A DNA stretch of 64,000 bases from Octopus bimaculoides (lineage: Eukaryota). Each line of letters opens with the position of its first letter. The first letter of the stretch is position 1. Under the pieces are notes generated by a model, which was given only the letters and a program-made list of their open reading frames with translations, was not told the origin of the DNA and did not search any database. The position numbers and the translations under genes were made by a program. The stretch spans positions 157,271,320 through 157,335,319 of the forward strand of contig NC_068981.1 in NCBI RefSeq assembly GCF_001194135.2, in the 5' to 3' direction. Shown here in pieces: positions 49,964-63,262 of this stretch.

Positions 49964-50551
49964 CTCTTTGTCGCAAACTCTCTCCTCGTTTTCACATAAA
50001 GTAGAAGTGTCCGAATAAGTTACATCGATAGCAGAATGTGATTCAGTTTTTACTTCTGTTTGTACATCTTCATCTCCCTTGCCGATAGCTGCTATTTTGT
50101 CTCCAACAGGCAGATCTTTCGGTCTTACATCACTCCTTTCATTAGATACTTTGCCTTGGTGTCCTAAACCTTCGATGGACGTTTCTTCCGGTAAGTCGGA
50201 TGTTATCACCGGAGCTTCTACAACACTCCCTCCAGTTTCACTTTGTTTCTCATCATAACCTTCATCTCCACTTACACCTTCCTGACCATCATCACCAGCT
50301 TCGTCATTAATATTTTCAAGGCTCTCGTTTTTTTTACTAGACAGGTTGCCAATTATACCACTGCCAAGGCGAGATCTCGGCGTGTCTAATTGATCATAAT
50401 TGAGGTTTTCAAATGAATCACTGGCTACCAACATCGATTCGTGTAAAGAAGCTGTGCCGGGTGCATCTGTTTCAAAGATGGACGGTGTGGTAACCACCGA
50501 AGTATCCGATTCTTTATGGGGCGTTTGAACCCCATCATCAACATCAGCCAT
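49964..50551 (-). CDS. MON1: MON1 coding exon 1: acidic, low-complexity N-terminal region (MADVDDGVQ...EERVCDKE)
   Basis: ORF 49889..50551; ATG in AAAATGG context; donor AAAGAG|GTAAAT; 588 nt, phase 0 matching exon 2. Assigned by position and phase, not by motif. Confidence 0.75.
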
Positions 50552-50801
50552 TTTGGTTCCCAGGACCTATTATTACCTTCAGTCATTAAGAGCTATCTCA
50601 TCCAGAGTGATCTCCCTTTATATTTTTTTTTATGGCATAAGAGACGAGAAACTGTTTCACCTAAAACTCGAAATGTTTCACTTTTAGTTGACTTGACTCC
50701 TTCCATATCGTGAGGATCGAAACGATTCCCACAAAGGTTTGGAAACTTATGCCTATGGGATTTATACATATATACAATTATACATAGGTACTCATGAAAA
50801 A

Positions 50802-51199
50802 GAGTAGCCCCGCTCTAGTCATTAAGAAAAGTGAAAATAAAATAAATTTTGAAATTGAAATAAAATGTTATTCAAAAGTAAACCTTTCCGAAAAATGCTT
50901 TAGAATGTTCTGAAAACATTCATTCAGTTTTGTGTGTGGAGCATTGAAAAATCTTCCTTCCTTATATTTTATCTGGCTCATTTCCTTATTACAAGATGAG
51001 CATTTCGGTGTTATATAATTCAACACTTCCTTCTCCTTTAGAGATGAATATGCAGCATCAGAACTCTGAATGTATGGCAAAATATCATAAAACATTTTAA
51101 ATAACAATGAATCGAATTATATCGAAATGAATAACATTTTATTTCAACTTCAAAATTGTTTTTATTCTCACTTTATTAATGACTAGCGCGGGTCCACTC
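50802..51199. mobile_element. Foldback/MITE-like element with about 72-bp imperfect TIRs, just upstream of the MON1 ATG
   Basis: 50802-50873 is the imperfect reverse complement of 51129-51199. Confidence 0.65.
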
Positions 51200-51402
51200 C
51201 ATTAATACCTTATACATATGTACGTACGCACGTACATAAATAAATAAATACAAACACACACCCATCACTAATATCAGAAAGCTTTTTATTTTGTTACCTT
51301 ACCGTTAAGAATTACGTTTTAATATGTGTGCGCGCGCACACACACACATATACATATGTATCACGTGTGGATGGGTGGGGAGTTGGGTGTGAGCGCGTGT
51401 AT

Positions 51403-51600
51403 ATACTTTTGCTTGTTTCAGTCATTCGACTGTGGCCATGCTGGAGCACCGCCTGGACTTAATTCTTTGTAAGCCTGGTACTTAATTCTATCAGTTGCTT
51501 CTACCGAACCGCTAAGTTACGAGAACGTAAATACAACAACATCAGTTGCCAAGCGATGGTGGGGGGACAAATACAGACATAAATGCATACAGACGCATGC
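51403..51600 (-). mobile_element. SINE family 3, 3' part, running into (CA)n and a gap
   Basis: Matches 35754-35950. Confidence 0.75.
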
Positions 51601-51614
51601 ACGCACACGCGCAC

Positions 51615-51674
<60 letters not shown>

Positions 51675-52022
51675 NNNNNNNNNNNNNNNNNNNNNNNNNN
51701 NNNNNNNNNNNNNNNNNNNNNNNNNNNNNNNNNNNNNNNNNNNNNNNNNNNNNNNNNNNNNNNNNNNNNNNNNNNNNNNNNNNNNNNNNNNNNNNNNNNN
51801 NNNNNNNNNNNNNNNNNNNNNNNNNNNNNNNNNNNNNNNNNNNNNNNNNNNNNNNNNNNNNNNNNNNNNNNNNNNNNNNNNNNNNNNNNNNNNNNNNNNN
51901 NNNNNNNNNNNNNNNNNNNNNNNNNNNNNNNNNNNNNNNNNNNNNNNNNNNNNNNNNNNNNNNNNNNNNNNNNNNNNNNNNNNNNNNNNNNNNNNNNNNN
52001 NNNNNNNNNNNNNNNNNNNNNN

Positions 52023-52067
<45 letters not shown>

Positions 52068-52623
52068 AGGCAACAGGTACAATCCTTGCTGGAACTGAAA
52101 AAATCTGTAAAACTTTCCAGAAGTTTATCATTTGAATATATATGAGAATGTCTTGATATGTAACTCTATGCATGAGAATATATACATAAAACATACAAAT
52201 CGGCACATACATACATACATACTTACATAGAAACAAAATACCCTATTGTTGATGTTGAATTTGCAATGAAGGAACCTTGGACCTCGTTTAGAAACCGGTT
52301 CTTTCTCTGTCGGCAAGAAATCTTGGAATAAACTGAATAGTGACATACATACATACATATACATCTATCTCTCCATCTATAGATAAATAGAGAGGGATAC
52401 ATGTGTTCATTTATTAGAATTCATGGTATGTTTTTATGTGCAAAATCTATTGGGAAATTTTTTTCTTCAAGATGAAATCCTACAATGAATGCCTTTCATC
52501 TTGTATTTAGGAACATCTTAAAAACTAGAGTTTTTTTTATCTAAGCTGACTTGTGTATCCATACTAAATTAATTCCAGCTTGGTAAATCTCAGCACACAC
52601 CAACAAATGTTTTGTTCTGTTGT

Positions 52624-52824
52624 TGTGTCTGGGGAGAGTCATTTTCTTATTGTGCCTTAAAATTTAACACACTCACTGGTAAAATTTCCACTTATTTTTC
52701 TTTTTATTTTCCTAAAATTTTCGTTGCGTCTTGCAACCTTATCAATAGTCTTGACTGTGGAAATTTTACCGGTGAGTGTGTTAAATTTTAAGGCACAATA
52801 AGAAAATGACTCTCCCCAGACACA
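52624..52824. repeat. Near-perfect 68-bp inverted repeat with 65-nt spacer
   Basis: Arms 52624-52691 and 52757-52824 differ at one position. Confidence 0.9.
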
Positions 52825-53339
52825 GCAGAATATGCTTCAACACACGAAATTACATAAAATATACTTGCAAACCAAATCCCAAAACAAAAAATGTTTTGTT
52901 GTTTTCTATAAAAGAACAAAATTATAAGCCTAATTCCAAATGACTAGGGTGGTGTGTACCACTGAATAGGCAAACTTTTAATGAAAGTCTGAGTCTCAAG
53001 TCTGCTAACATCATTTGGTGCATGGCTTCACAAAATCAATAGGTTGATGCTGAGATGCTTAAAATATATGGTGGAGTCTGTTACAGGCTTGTCATCTGGA
53101 TAGTCCAATCAGCCTGTAGAGGAAGCTGTCATAACCAATGGCTAGTATAGCAATATCATAATCAACTTTTACTCTTGGTAAAGAAAGTGTCGTATGGAGA
53201 AGTAATTACAGCAATATCAAATTTCTTGACCAGGTCATAAAAGTTATAGAAAGAGTTATAGCTCAATTAATTAGTGTGTTAATGTACTTGACATACAACT
53301 TGATTTCTTACCAGAAAGAACTACTACTGATACCATATT

Positions 53340-54530
53340 GCTACTGAGATAACTACAGTACTGAAGAGTAAGTCACTGTGACTAGCATTCATTTGACTTG
53401 GAGAAAGTCTTTGACAGAGACCCTTGCTCTGTAATCTTGTGGTTGGTGAAGAAGCTAAAGTTGACAGATGGCTTCTGACAGCCATACACGCCATGTACAG
53501 AGGTGCTGTCAGCAAGGTGAGAGTTTGCAATGAGTACAGCAATGAAATTAACTTGCAGACAGGGATCTACTGTGGCCCAATGCTCCCTTCTATTTATCAT
53601 AGTCCTCAAGGTTATAACAGGGAATTTTGAGACCAGATGCCATTAGGAACTACTGTATCCTGATGACATTGTACTAATAGCTGAATCTGCAGTAGGATTA
53701 ACAGAAAAGTTCCAAGCATGGAAACAAAATCGAGAGTCAAAAGGCCTTAACTGAAAAAAATCTTCAATAACAGTGAGTACACAAACAGGACTCTGCTTCC
53801 TTCAGAGAAATGAGCTTGCTCTTGATATGAAAAAAAAAATGAACTAGAAATTCCATATAGTGTACCCAGTGCAAACTTTAGACATACAAAAGGTGCATGT
53901 GAATCATGGTAAAGTTACCTTCTCAAGTCATGCTGACTTATAAGGGCCAGTTTCCATGGCGTATATATTCTCCACCTGGACATGATACTGGTCCGTCACA
54001 GGATTACTCATTTTTGCTAGTAGACTGGAGCAACATAGAATGAAGTGTTTTGCTCAAGAATACAACACGTCACCTGGTCCAGGAATCAAAACGATAATCT
54101 TGCGGTCATGAGTCTAATACCCTAACCACTAAGCCATGCACCTCCACTATGTGAATCATGGGCAGATTAGAGAAAGCAAACAGTGTCTGTGGCAGATGTG
54201 CTGAAGCAATAAACACTAGAGCACATAGGAAACAAGTTCTTTTAAATGTTTGAGAGGCTCCCTAGAAGTTAATAGCTTCTGTTACCTTAGTGATTTAATT
54301 ACCAGTAGAAGAAGATGTTCTGGAAGTATAACAGCCAGAATAAGAACAGGTTGGAGAATATTCAGGGTGTTATTACCTCTGTTGGTAGTAAAAGATTTCC
54401 CTATCAGAATGAAAGCAGACTATACAAGCTACTAGGTAGTGAAACAGGTCCTGAATGGAGTGAACCTGTACAAAGACTAAAAAGAAATAAAGGAGGTATT
54501 TTCTAATGGATATACAAGAACAATGATGCA
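53340..54530 (+). mobile_element. Decayed RTE-clade LINE RT fragment, interrupted by a SINE
   Basis: AMYRGAVSKVRV, eroded HQGSxLSP, ELLYPDD, KFQAWKQN.ESKG, LEVNSFCYLSD, ARIRTGW. Confidence 0.75.
53910..54148 (-). mobile_element. tRNA-derived SINE with 13-bp TSD, inserted in the RTE
   Basis: TSD ATGTGAATCATGG at 53897-53909 and 54149-54161; head GGAGGTGCATGGCTTAGTGGTTAGGG. Confidence 0.85.
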
Positions 54531-55353
54531 TAAATGTGATGAGATAAAAACTAGGTATAAGAGAAATCAGATGTAATGTAAGAGAGAATGTGTATACATA
54601 CATTTATGTTCCTTGCTCAATATGTCATTGTCAGGTCTACACTTGCTCTCCCCTTCACCCTTTATCTCCTTATCACTCTCTTCTTCATCAATTTTCTATT
54701 GACTGCATTATTCTGCTGCTGTAATTAATGAAAGCAGAATTCATTACTCCATATCTTATCATCACTCTTTCTGTATTGCCAGTCAACACACCCTCTCCCT
54801 TGAGCCTCTTTCTGTTAACATCTATCCCTCATTCTCACTATCATCCCATCATCCTTGTTCAACATTGACTACCTTTGTGCTTTATTTACCTAAGACCATC
54901 TCCACCTCTATTTCTGCCCACCCTTTTTGACCCTTCTGTCACTATTCTGTTTTGTTTGCCTTCTTAGTTATACTGCCTTAAGGGTATGCTCAGTCTGACC
55001 TCTTATTCTGGAACAATTTCATTTGTTTTCATTCATCCACATATAATGTAAGATACTCATATATCTCTTACACAGTCTTCCTCACTCTTCCTTTTTCCCT
55101 CTCTGTCTCTCACTAGCCTTAACTCTACTTTTTCTCCTTCCCTTCTATTACTTTCTTTCCTGACACTGTCTCTGGTAGTTTCTCCACTTACACCTTCTCA
55201 TAACTAATTTCCAAGATTTTCTCCCAAAGCTACTGCATAGGAAGCGACTATGTATTTTCTCTTCCAATGATATATTTAAGTGGTCACACATCAAAGAGAC
55301 ATCAGGTGAATGCATTATTTTCTTTGTGTTTTGTACTTTAGGCTCCTCATATA

Positions 55354-55734
55354 TTGTTGGCACTCCGTCGCTTACGGCATCAAGGGTTCCATTTGATCCA
55401 ATCAACGAAACAGCCTGCTCGTGAAATTAATGTGCAAGTGGCTGAGCACTCCACAGACACGTGTACCTTTAACGTAGTTCTCGGGGATATTCAGCGTGAC
55501 ACAGAGTGACAAGGCTGACCCTTTGAATTACAGGCACAACAGAAACAGGAAGTAAGAGTGAGAGAAAGTTGTGGTGAAAGAGTACAGCAGGGTTCGCCAC
55601 CATCCTCTGCCGGAACCTCATGGAGCTTTAGGTGTTTTCGCTCAATAAACACTCACAACGCCCAGTCTGGGAGTTGAAACCGCGATCCTATGACCGCGAG
55701 TCCGCTGCCCTAACCACTGGGCCATTGCGCCTCC
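55354..55734 (-). mobile_element. SINE family 1, full length
   Basis: A and B boxes and family body. Confidence 0.9.
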
Positions 55735-55739
55735 ACAAG

Positions 55740-56030
55740 GAGCGAAAACACCTAAAGCTCCATGAGGCTCCGGCAGGGGATGGTGACAAACCCTGCTGTA
55801 CTCTTTCACCACAACTTTCTCTCACTTTATCTTCCTGTTTCTGTTGTACCTGTAATTCAAAGGGCCAGCCTTGTCACTGTATCACGCTGAATATCCCCGA
55901 GAACTACGTTAAGGGTACATGTATCAGTGGAGTGCTCAGCCACTTGCACGTTAATTTTACAAGCAGGCTGTTCTGTTGATCTGATCAACTGGAACCCTCG
56001 GCGTCGTAAGCGACGGAGAGCCAACAACAA
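55740..56030 (+). mobile_element. SINE family 1, lacking the tRNA head, inverted against the adjacent copy
   Basis: Starts at GAGCGAAAACACCTAAAGCTCC, 5 bp from the head of the minus copy. Confidence 0.88.
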
Positions 56031-57879
56031 CTGATCAGTGAATCCTGATATTTAACATGCATACGTTTCTGATGATTTGTCTTCACATAAAGAATAAAAT
56101 AAAATTAAAATTTGAAAACTTTTTACAAAATGATGCTTCTTTATTTGTCTTTGTTGTTGTTGTCTTATATCTACAGAATCCAGTGCATTACAGAACCATG
56201 TTTTGTTCTAACGTCTTAATTTTTTTATAGTTTCCACAGCTGGATGCCCTTTCTGAAGCATTAGAAAAGATAGGAAGAGAGAGACTAGTGCATCAGGTGG
56301 TCTGAGTGGAGATGCTATGCTGCTTCTTACCTCACAGAAGTCAAGACCACTGAAGTTATAGTAGAAGAGGCATCATACTTGTAATTAAATGGATGTAGAT
56401 TGTTGGTGGTCAGTGAGTTTTTATGAATTAGTCAAATGGCCTTTTTTAACTTTTGGCTGTCTTAGATGTTTATGTAAAACAGCACTGTTCTACACGTGTG
56501 AGCATCACTCTAATAAGGGTTGCACTTGAACTTTGTTGAATGTAGGCAATTGATTAGGGTTAAAATTTTGTATTTCAGATTCTGAAGTAGAACACTAGTC
56601 ATTGGAATGCAATATGTTTTAAGTTAGGACACTGAAAAATCGCCTGAGATGATGGGGTTCAACATTTGTGTTGATAACTGCATAGAGATGTGCTTAGATA
56701 AAATCAACATAAAGCAGGTCTTTAATGTATGAACAGAAGGAAAAGCGTGTGTGACATAACTGTAGTATAGTCAGGGTTTGTTATATGTATATGAACATGT
56801 TTATTGCTATATTAATAGAGAAAGTGTTCATGCAATACAAGAAAAGGAATATTCAGGTGAAATGATGTACATTACAAGTGCAGAAAATCTTTGTCAGAAA
56901 TTCAACATTTGGGGTAAGTTTACTCATCAATACATATTCTTGTTGTGTTACCATGGTGTGTTTTATTCCTCTATTGTATCAGGTTGAATATGTACCTGTG
57001 AAAACAGCTATGTGTCAAGAATGAATTTCACTGAGGATTGAAGTCACTCTACAGTTTTTGCACTCAAATGAGCTGTATTTGCAGGCTCTATTCACAGAAG
57101 GTTCTAGTCATACTGCCAGATTATCCAGTGAAAAAAGCCACTGATTGAAATGAAATTGGGTTTGTGCACATGATCAACTTGTAATTACTATGTGACAAAA
57201 CGTAGGGTCAAATCCAATTGTTACATAACTAAAGTTTGGGAACTGGGTCAGACTGACTCTCACCAAGCTGTAAAAAAAAAAAACTGACAAAAAACTTTTC
57301 TTCCAAGATATGAGAAATTTGTGGAGTTAAAAACTGGAGAATTTTGCTAGAAAGTTCTCATGAACATAATTGAAAGATTTGCTGATATCAAGAGCAATAA
57401 TGTTTCTTTTGCCAATATTTGAGTGTTGAGAGACCACTGGAGTGTCTCATAGGCAAATGGGTCTTTGTTATATCTAGCTCTATGGAAACTGCATTGGTGG
57501 TCACTGAGGAGGAAGCAGAATGCAAGATTATAAGAGAAGTCAATGTTTTTTACTGTATTCATCACCTCTGAAGTTTTATAAGTGAAGAACAACTGAGGAA
57601 TTGCAAGTTTCCATAAACTGGTGTAAACTGTTCTAAAAAAAGTAAAAGACAAAGAGATTTACTAAAATAGAATGTTGCTTGGCAGTATACAGTTTTAGCA
57701 TAATGATGTGAGTGCTGCCAGGACTATGGACTTATTGGGTTGAAATGATCAGAAATTTTGCACTGGGTTATGGTGTTTATCTACTGGTAAGGTAGGGATG
57801 AGAAGGAGAGTTTGAAAGGAGTTTTGTTGTCTGTGCTGTATAGAGTTGGAACTAAGATGTACATGAGTTGGGATTGTGT

Positions 57880-58330
57880 CATTACCAGGAGTGCTATTTA
57901 TATATTTACACCATGCTTGACAAGTGGCAAGCACGAGAGTTTTGCAAAGTTAGTAATGATGCTCTTGGCAAAAGATAAGAAGGCCAGGCTTATAGGTCAT
58001 GTTGTTTAGACACAGGTCAAACCTAATTGAACAGACTTATGAAGAAAGGCATTCTTTTTAGGGATTTCTGGGACTGCATATTTAATGTGTTCATTCCTTA
58101 TTTAAGATTGTAGGATGTGATTTGAGAGTGATTTGGTTACTATTTCTATGGCCATTATGTTGTTTTATGTAGGCCGTGTAATATACAAAGGTACTACTTG
58201 TTTTTCTGGCAGTTGTTTAGGTGCTGTAGTGGTAAGTAAACACTTGGTTGGTGAAAGTTTTGTACACCTGAAAATGAAACAGCTGATGGGTTTGGAATTG
58301 GAGGCTACTTGTATGGTTGTGTAAAGGATA
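57880..58330 (-). mobile_element. Possible highly decayed Penelope-like element (RT end / GIY-YIG region)
   Basis: Only eroded motifs: LPFLN, LSNHI and TCQAWCKY (compare TCRH..KY). Confidence 0.3.
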
Positions 58331-61300
58331 GAGAGGGACATATTTAAGAAGGTATGATCAGTTACCTTATTAGCTGTCTCAGGAATCTGAAGTCACCAGA
58401 GATCTTGTAAAGCTCTGACTAGTTAGCTAACTTGATGTACATCAATAACAGAAGTTAGAGAAAGTCATGATATATGTTTTAATTTGGCAGTATTGAATGA
58501 TTTCATAGGAGCAGAAATGATGATGGTAGAGTAAGGCTGAGAGGTAATTTTATAATTTCCTTTAATTTTTCTCATGTAAAAATTTTATCAACTCAACATG
58601 TGTATCTAAATTGCATTATATATGGCATGTAAAAGTAATTGAAAGGTACAAAGTATGTAAAGAATTTTTAACAATTTTTCACAAAATGAAGCATTTTAAA
58701 GTAGAGTGTTAAGAATGATAAATAAAATCCTTGTTTATATTGAGTAGTAAATTTTAATTATTTCATTCATTACTATCATCCACCATTACCATTTAATTTA
58801 TGGTTGAGTTTACAGATTAGTCTTGATCAACTAGGTATATGGTCAAAAACATTTTATCATGATCATCTTTTACTCATGCTTAATGAATAATGAACTATAT
58901 TATCCAATCTTTTCTTCCTTTTTCTAAAAGTAAGATATGGTTTTAGAAAGTTTGGGCTCTTAATTTTAACTGGTTGAGTCACCATTTAGAAGTTTCCTTA
59001 CTTGGTTGTATATTTATGATTTTAGAGTAGAACATTATAGCTCTCATACTTTAAAGAAATATTTTCTATAAAGTTTCATTATATTTCTTGCTTTGCTGGA
59101 TATTTATTAGCAGAGTGGTTCTCTACTACATATGCTCTTTAGAGATGGCAGTTATGGAAAAAATTTGGTGACTGTTATCAGTTATTGAGATAGAGAAATT
59201 GTCACATCCATTTTGTGACAAACTCCATATTTGACAAAGTTAGGTGTTTCTTTCTTCCTTGTTTCTCATGGTGAACATGCAGCTGAGAAAACTGCTCTTT
59301 GAGCTGTCTTCATAGTATAACTTTTATTCTTCTTTGAGCTACCTGCTACCCACTACTCACTTGTAATGTTACTGTAGTTTTATATGCAATTGCTTTACTT
59401 GAGCATCTGCCATTAATCAAACATTACTTTTTGGGGCAAATTGACAGTGTCATTAGAGCTTTGGGCAGAATGTTTTGTGGTATTTGTTTCAGCTCTCCTC
59501 ACTTTGATTTCAAATAACACCCAAGGTCAACTTTGCCATTCATCCTTTCAGAACCAATAAAAATGTGCTGATCCAAATAGTGGTTAGTGAAACTAAAAAT
59601 GTCAGACTGGATGCTTTACATTTTATGCTCAAATCCCACCTTAGCCTACTTGACTGGTTGACTTAACCATTTTCTTGGACACCTTTTGTGGAGTTTACTA
59701 TGTTGCAGGCATTTGGGTTAAGTTTCCAGTTTGAGAGTACCTTCCTCTTTCCCACCAGTCTTAGAGTTCTTGTAATGGATCAAGGACACCACTTACTTCC
59801 TGACTAAACATTAAAATGTCTTGAAATCATACCCAGGCTTGATGTAGTTGTTTGATACAAAAACCAATGTCACATACTATTGTAGAGTTCAGCTTCTTAA
59901 TGGAAGTCAACAATTCACTCACACTTACCTGTATCAGTTTTATATAACCTGTCATTAACACCTATCCTGTGAATCCTGACAAATTTACCAAGCCTATATC
60001 ATCATTATCCATTCTGTGTCATCCCTGCTGAGCATGTATCTACCTTACGATATCAGTCATCTTTGATGCATACAGCTAACCAACTTAAGACATAGTCATT
60101 ATAAAAGTTTTCTTGCACTCAATTTTACCTAAGTTCTTTTCCTACTTGCAACAGATCTTTCATATGTTTCATTCCATAATACTTCTCATATAACTCTCTT
60201 GGGCAATAATCCCATACAGATCTTTCAGTTAACCTCAAACTTTAGACTCAATGTCATTAAAAACTCTGCATTTTCTTTTAACAAAATTTAACTTTATTCC
60301 TTCCATGATCTTCATTCTAATATTTTTTCCTGATCCTTCTGATTGTGTATATTTTACTTAATTCTCTCAGTATTCAGTAACTTCTTGTGTTATTAAGACC
60401 AAGTATAACCATTTTATTCAGATAATTTTCCCCAAAATGATAGCTTACAATTTAAACATTCTTTGTTGCTGTAATTCATTGGTGAGCTATTCAGTCATCA
60501 CTTCTTTTTCAACTTACTTTTCATTATTCCCAAAACTGCTTTGAATATACAGTCACAAATTTGGTCTGAAGGTTTGCTGAAAAATGCCCCTTATGAAAGG
60601 CCCAAAATCCTTTACAAGCCTCTCTAGTTTTGCCTTTTTCCATATAAGCACCTGCACTTCTGTTTTGAATTTGACTTTCATTAGAATCATCTGCCAGATT
60701 CCACATCACCCTGATTTTGATTAAATGATACTTTTCTGTCATCATTACCTGCAATCAAGCCTTACCTACCCATGATCTATAATGAAAGGTATTTCATTTT
60801 TAGGGGTTAATTTTCCAAACATAGTCATCTACCAAACTCATTTTGCTGATCTGATTGTCAGTGTCATAAAAAGGATTCATAATTAATCTTGGAGATATGA
60901 ATTATTCAATTTACCATAGTTGGTTTTGGCTGAGGAATTATAAACAATCATACTGCTACCCACAGTGATGATTTACTAAAATCTCAGTCGATCCCTGACA
61001 AATTATCAATTATTAGATTTCTAGATTTAGACATCTTTGTTTGTAATCCTTGAAGTATTGACCCCCATAGTTTAGGATGTTAGGGATATGCTTGGGGCAA
61101 AATGTAGATTCTGTTTTCAAAGGCTAAATGAAAGTGTGTTCTCACATAAGCTAACATTATCTTAGAGACTACTGATCTGAAAATAAACCAGAGTTTATTT
61201 TAGGGAAGAATATTTGATTTAGAAATGAAAATTTGCAGGAGTAAACCACTTGTAGCACTCAAACCAACCTAACACCTTAATGTTTATTTCTATTCATTCT

Positions 61301-62015
61301 ATTCCAAAGCTAGTAAGATGACTAATATACTACTAATACTAGAGTACTAAAGTACTTTGTGAGATCTCAATGAATTAAGACTGTGACTTTTGTTTTAGTT
61401 ATCAGCTGTTGTAATTTGCTTTCCTTTATATCACTCATGTGCTGTACCCTTGAATAAAGTATGAACAACATAACTCCTACTATTTTGTCTATCTGAAATT
61501 GATAGGTCTACTTACCTATGAATGCTCAGATAAATAGCTCATGTTAAAAGCAGTTGACTATTACATGTGAATAGGGTAAATAAAATATTGATTGATTGAT
61601 GAGAACCAGTCTGTTTTTTTTTTTTCTTTTCCTCATAAGGAAAGTCAGTGCCCATGATTTTTCACAAGGCCTATGATGTAGGGAAAGAGAAAGCTATCCT
61701 CAAATTTAGGACCTTGTCTGAATGCTTGCAACAAAGTGGATTCTGCTAAAGCCCCCCCCCCCGGGTTTTACAATAGGGACACTGTATCTGTGTATGTTAA
61801 AAGTAGTAATTAAAAGATGTGGCAACAGGAAGAGTATCTGGTTGCAACAGGATTGCCTCGGAAAACTCATTCAAGCCATGCTAGCAAGGAAAAGCGGACA
61901 TAGAATAATGATGGTGATATTGATGATGATGGTGATAATTATGGTGATGATTATGAATTTGTCACTCAAAATGTAAATAGCCATTGTTGCAAAAAACAAC
62001 TTTGTTATCCTTTAA

Positions 62016-62232
62016 CTCTTTTGTTACTGTATTTCTGTTAAAATACACTACCTTCATTCAAAAACATTTTGAAAATAACAAAGAATTTAATAAAATAACT
62101 TTATTATTATTAAGTTAGCTTTTGGAATATAAATGAACATGGAATTTAGATGGAAAGATTTTAGATCATTTTAAAACATGAAGTTTGTATCATAGAACAG
62201 GAGTGGTCTCAGGAAAATTGGTATCAACAGGG
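62016..62232. mobile_element. piggyBac-type MITE, 217 bp
   Basis: TTAA at 62012-62015 and 62233-62236; imperfect TIRs CTCTTTTGTTAC / GTATCAACAGGG. Confidence 0.6.
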
Positions 62233-62510
62233 TTAATATGCACTTTGAAAATAATAACAAAAACAATTTATTGAATAAAAAAAATTTTATTTTTTAAAAT
62301 TTTAGTAATGATAGATACCAATGTTAACATCTTGTTGCAATCATCTCAATTTTTGGGATCATCATCAAAAGATTGTTATTACTGTTTGAATTTTTTATAT
62401 CGTTATAGCAGGGCTTTTTTGCTGTTGCTGCCAATATTTTTATCTCTGCTAGTAATTTTGGATCACTTTCAAAATGTTTTGTATTTCTATCGTTACTTTT
62501 GGGTATTACT

Positions 62511-63262
62511 GTCAACATTTTTAGTACTTATGTCAACATTTTTAGTACTAATGTCAATATTTTTAGTACTTATGTCAACATTTTTAGTACTAATGCCAAC
62601 ATTTTTAGTACTTATGTCAACATTTTTAGTACTTATGTCAACATTTTTAGTACTAATGCCAACATTTTTAGTACTTATGTCAACATTTTTAGTACTAATG
62701 CCAACATTTTTTAGTACTTTATGTCAACATTTTTAGTACTAATGCCAACATTTTTAGTACTTATGTCAACATTTTTAGTACTAATGCCAACATTTTTAGT
62801 ACTTATGTCAACATTTTTAGTACTAATGCCAACATTTTTAGTACTTATGTCAACATTTTTAGTACTAATGCCAACATTTTTAGTACTAATGCCAACATTT
62901 TTAGTACTTATGTCAACATTTTTAGTATTAATGCCAACATTTTTTAGTACTTATGTCAACATTTTTAGTACTAATGCCAACATTTTTTAGTACTAATGCC
63001 AACATTTTTAGTACTAATGCCAACATTTTTTAGTACTTATGTCAACATTTTTAGTACTAATGCCAACATTTTTTAGTACTAATGTCAACATTTTTAGTAC
63101 TAATGCCAACATTTTTAGTACTTATGTCAACATTTTTAGTACTAATGCCAACATTTTTTAGTATTTATGTCAACATTTCTAGTACTAATGTCAATATTTT
63201 TAGTACTTTATGTCAACATTTTTAGTAATGTCAACATTTTTAGTACTTATATCAACATTTTT
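62511..63262. repeat. 21-bp minisatellite, about 35 units, two mostly alternating variants
   Basis: TATGTCAACATTTTTAGTACT and AATGCCAACATTTTTAGTACT, with occasional 1-nt indels. Confidence 0.95.

Larger units (their letters stand above)
2356..52022. other. Assembly gaps at 2356-2645, 10146-10661, 15402-15434, 44474-44596 and 51675-52022 (plus 1404-1415)
   Basis: Runs of N. Confidence 1.

Noticed and set aside
56000-62000. Possible divergent plus-strand gene upstream of MON1
   Set aside because: Candidate acceptors (e.g. near 56173 and 56578) are followed by stops in all frames or lack donors; the region looks like decayed repeats.
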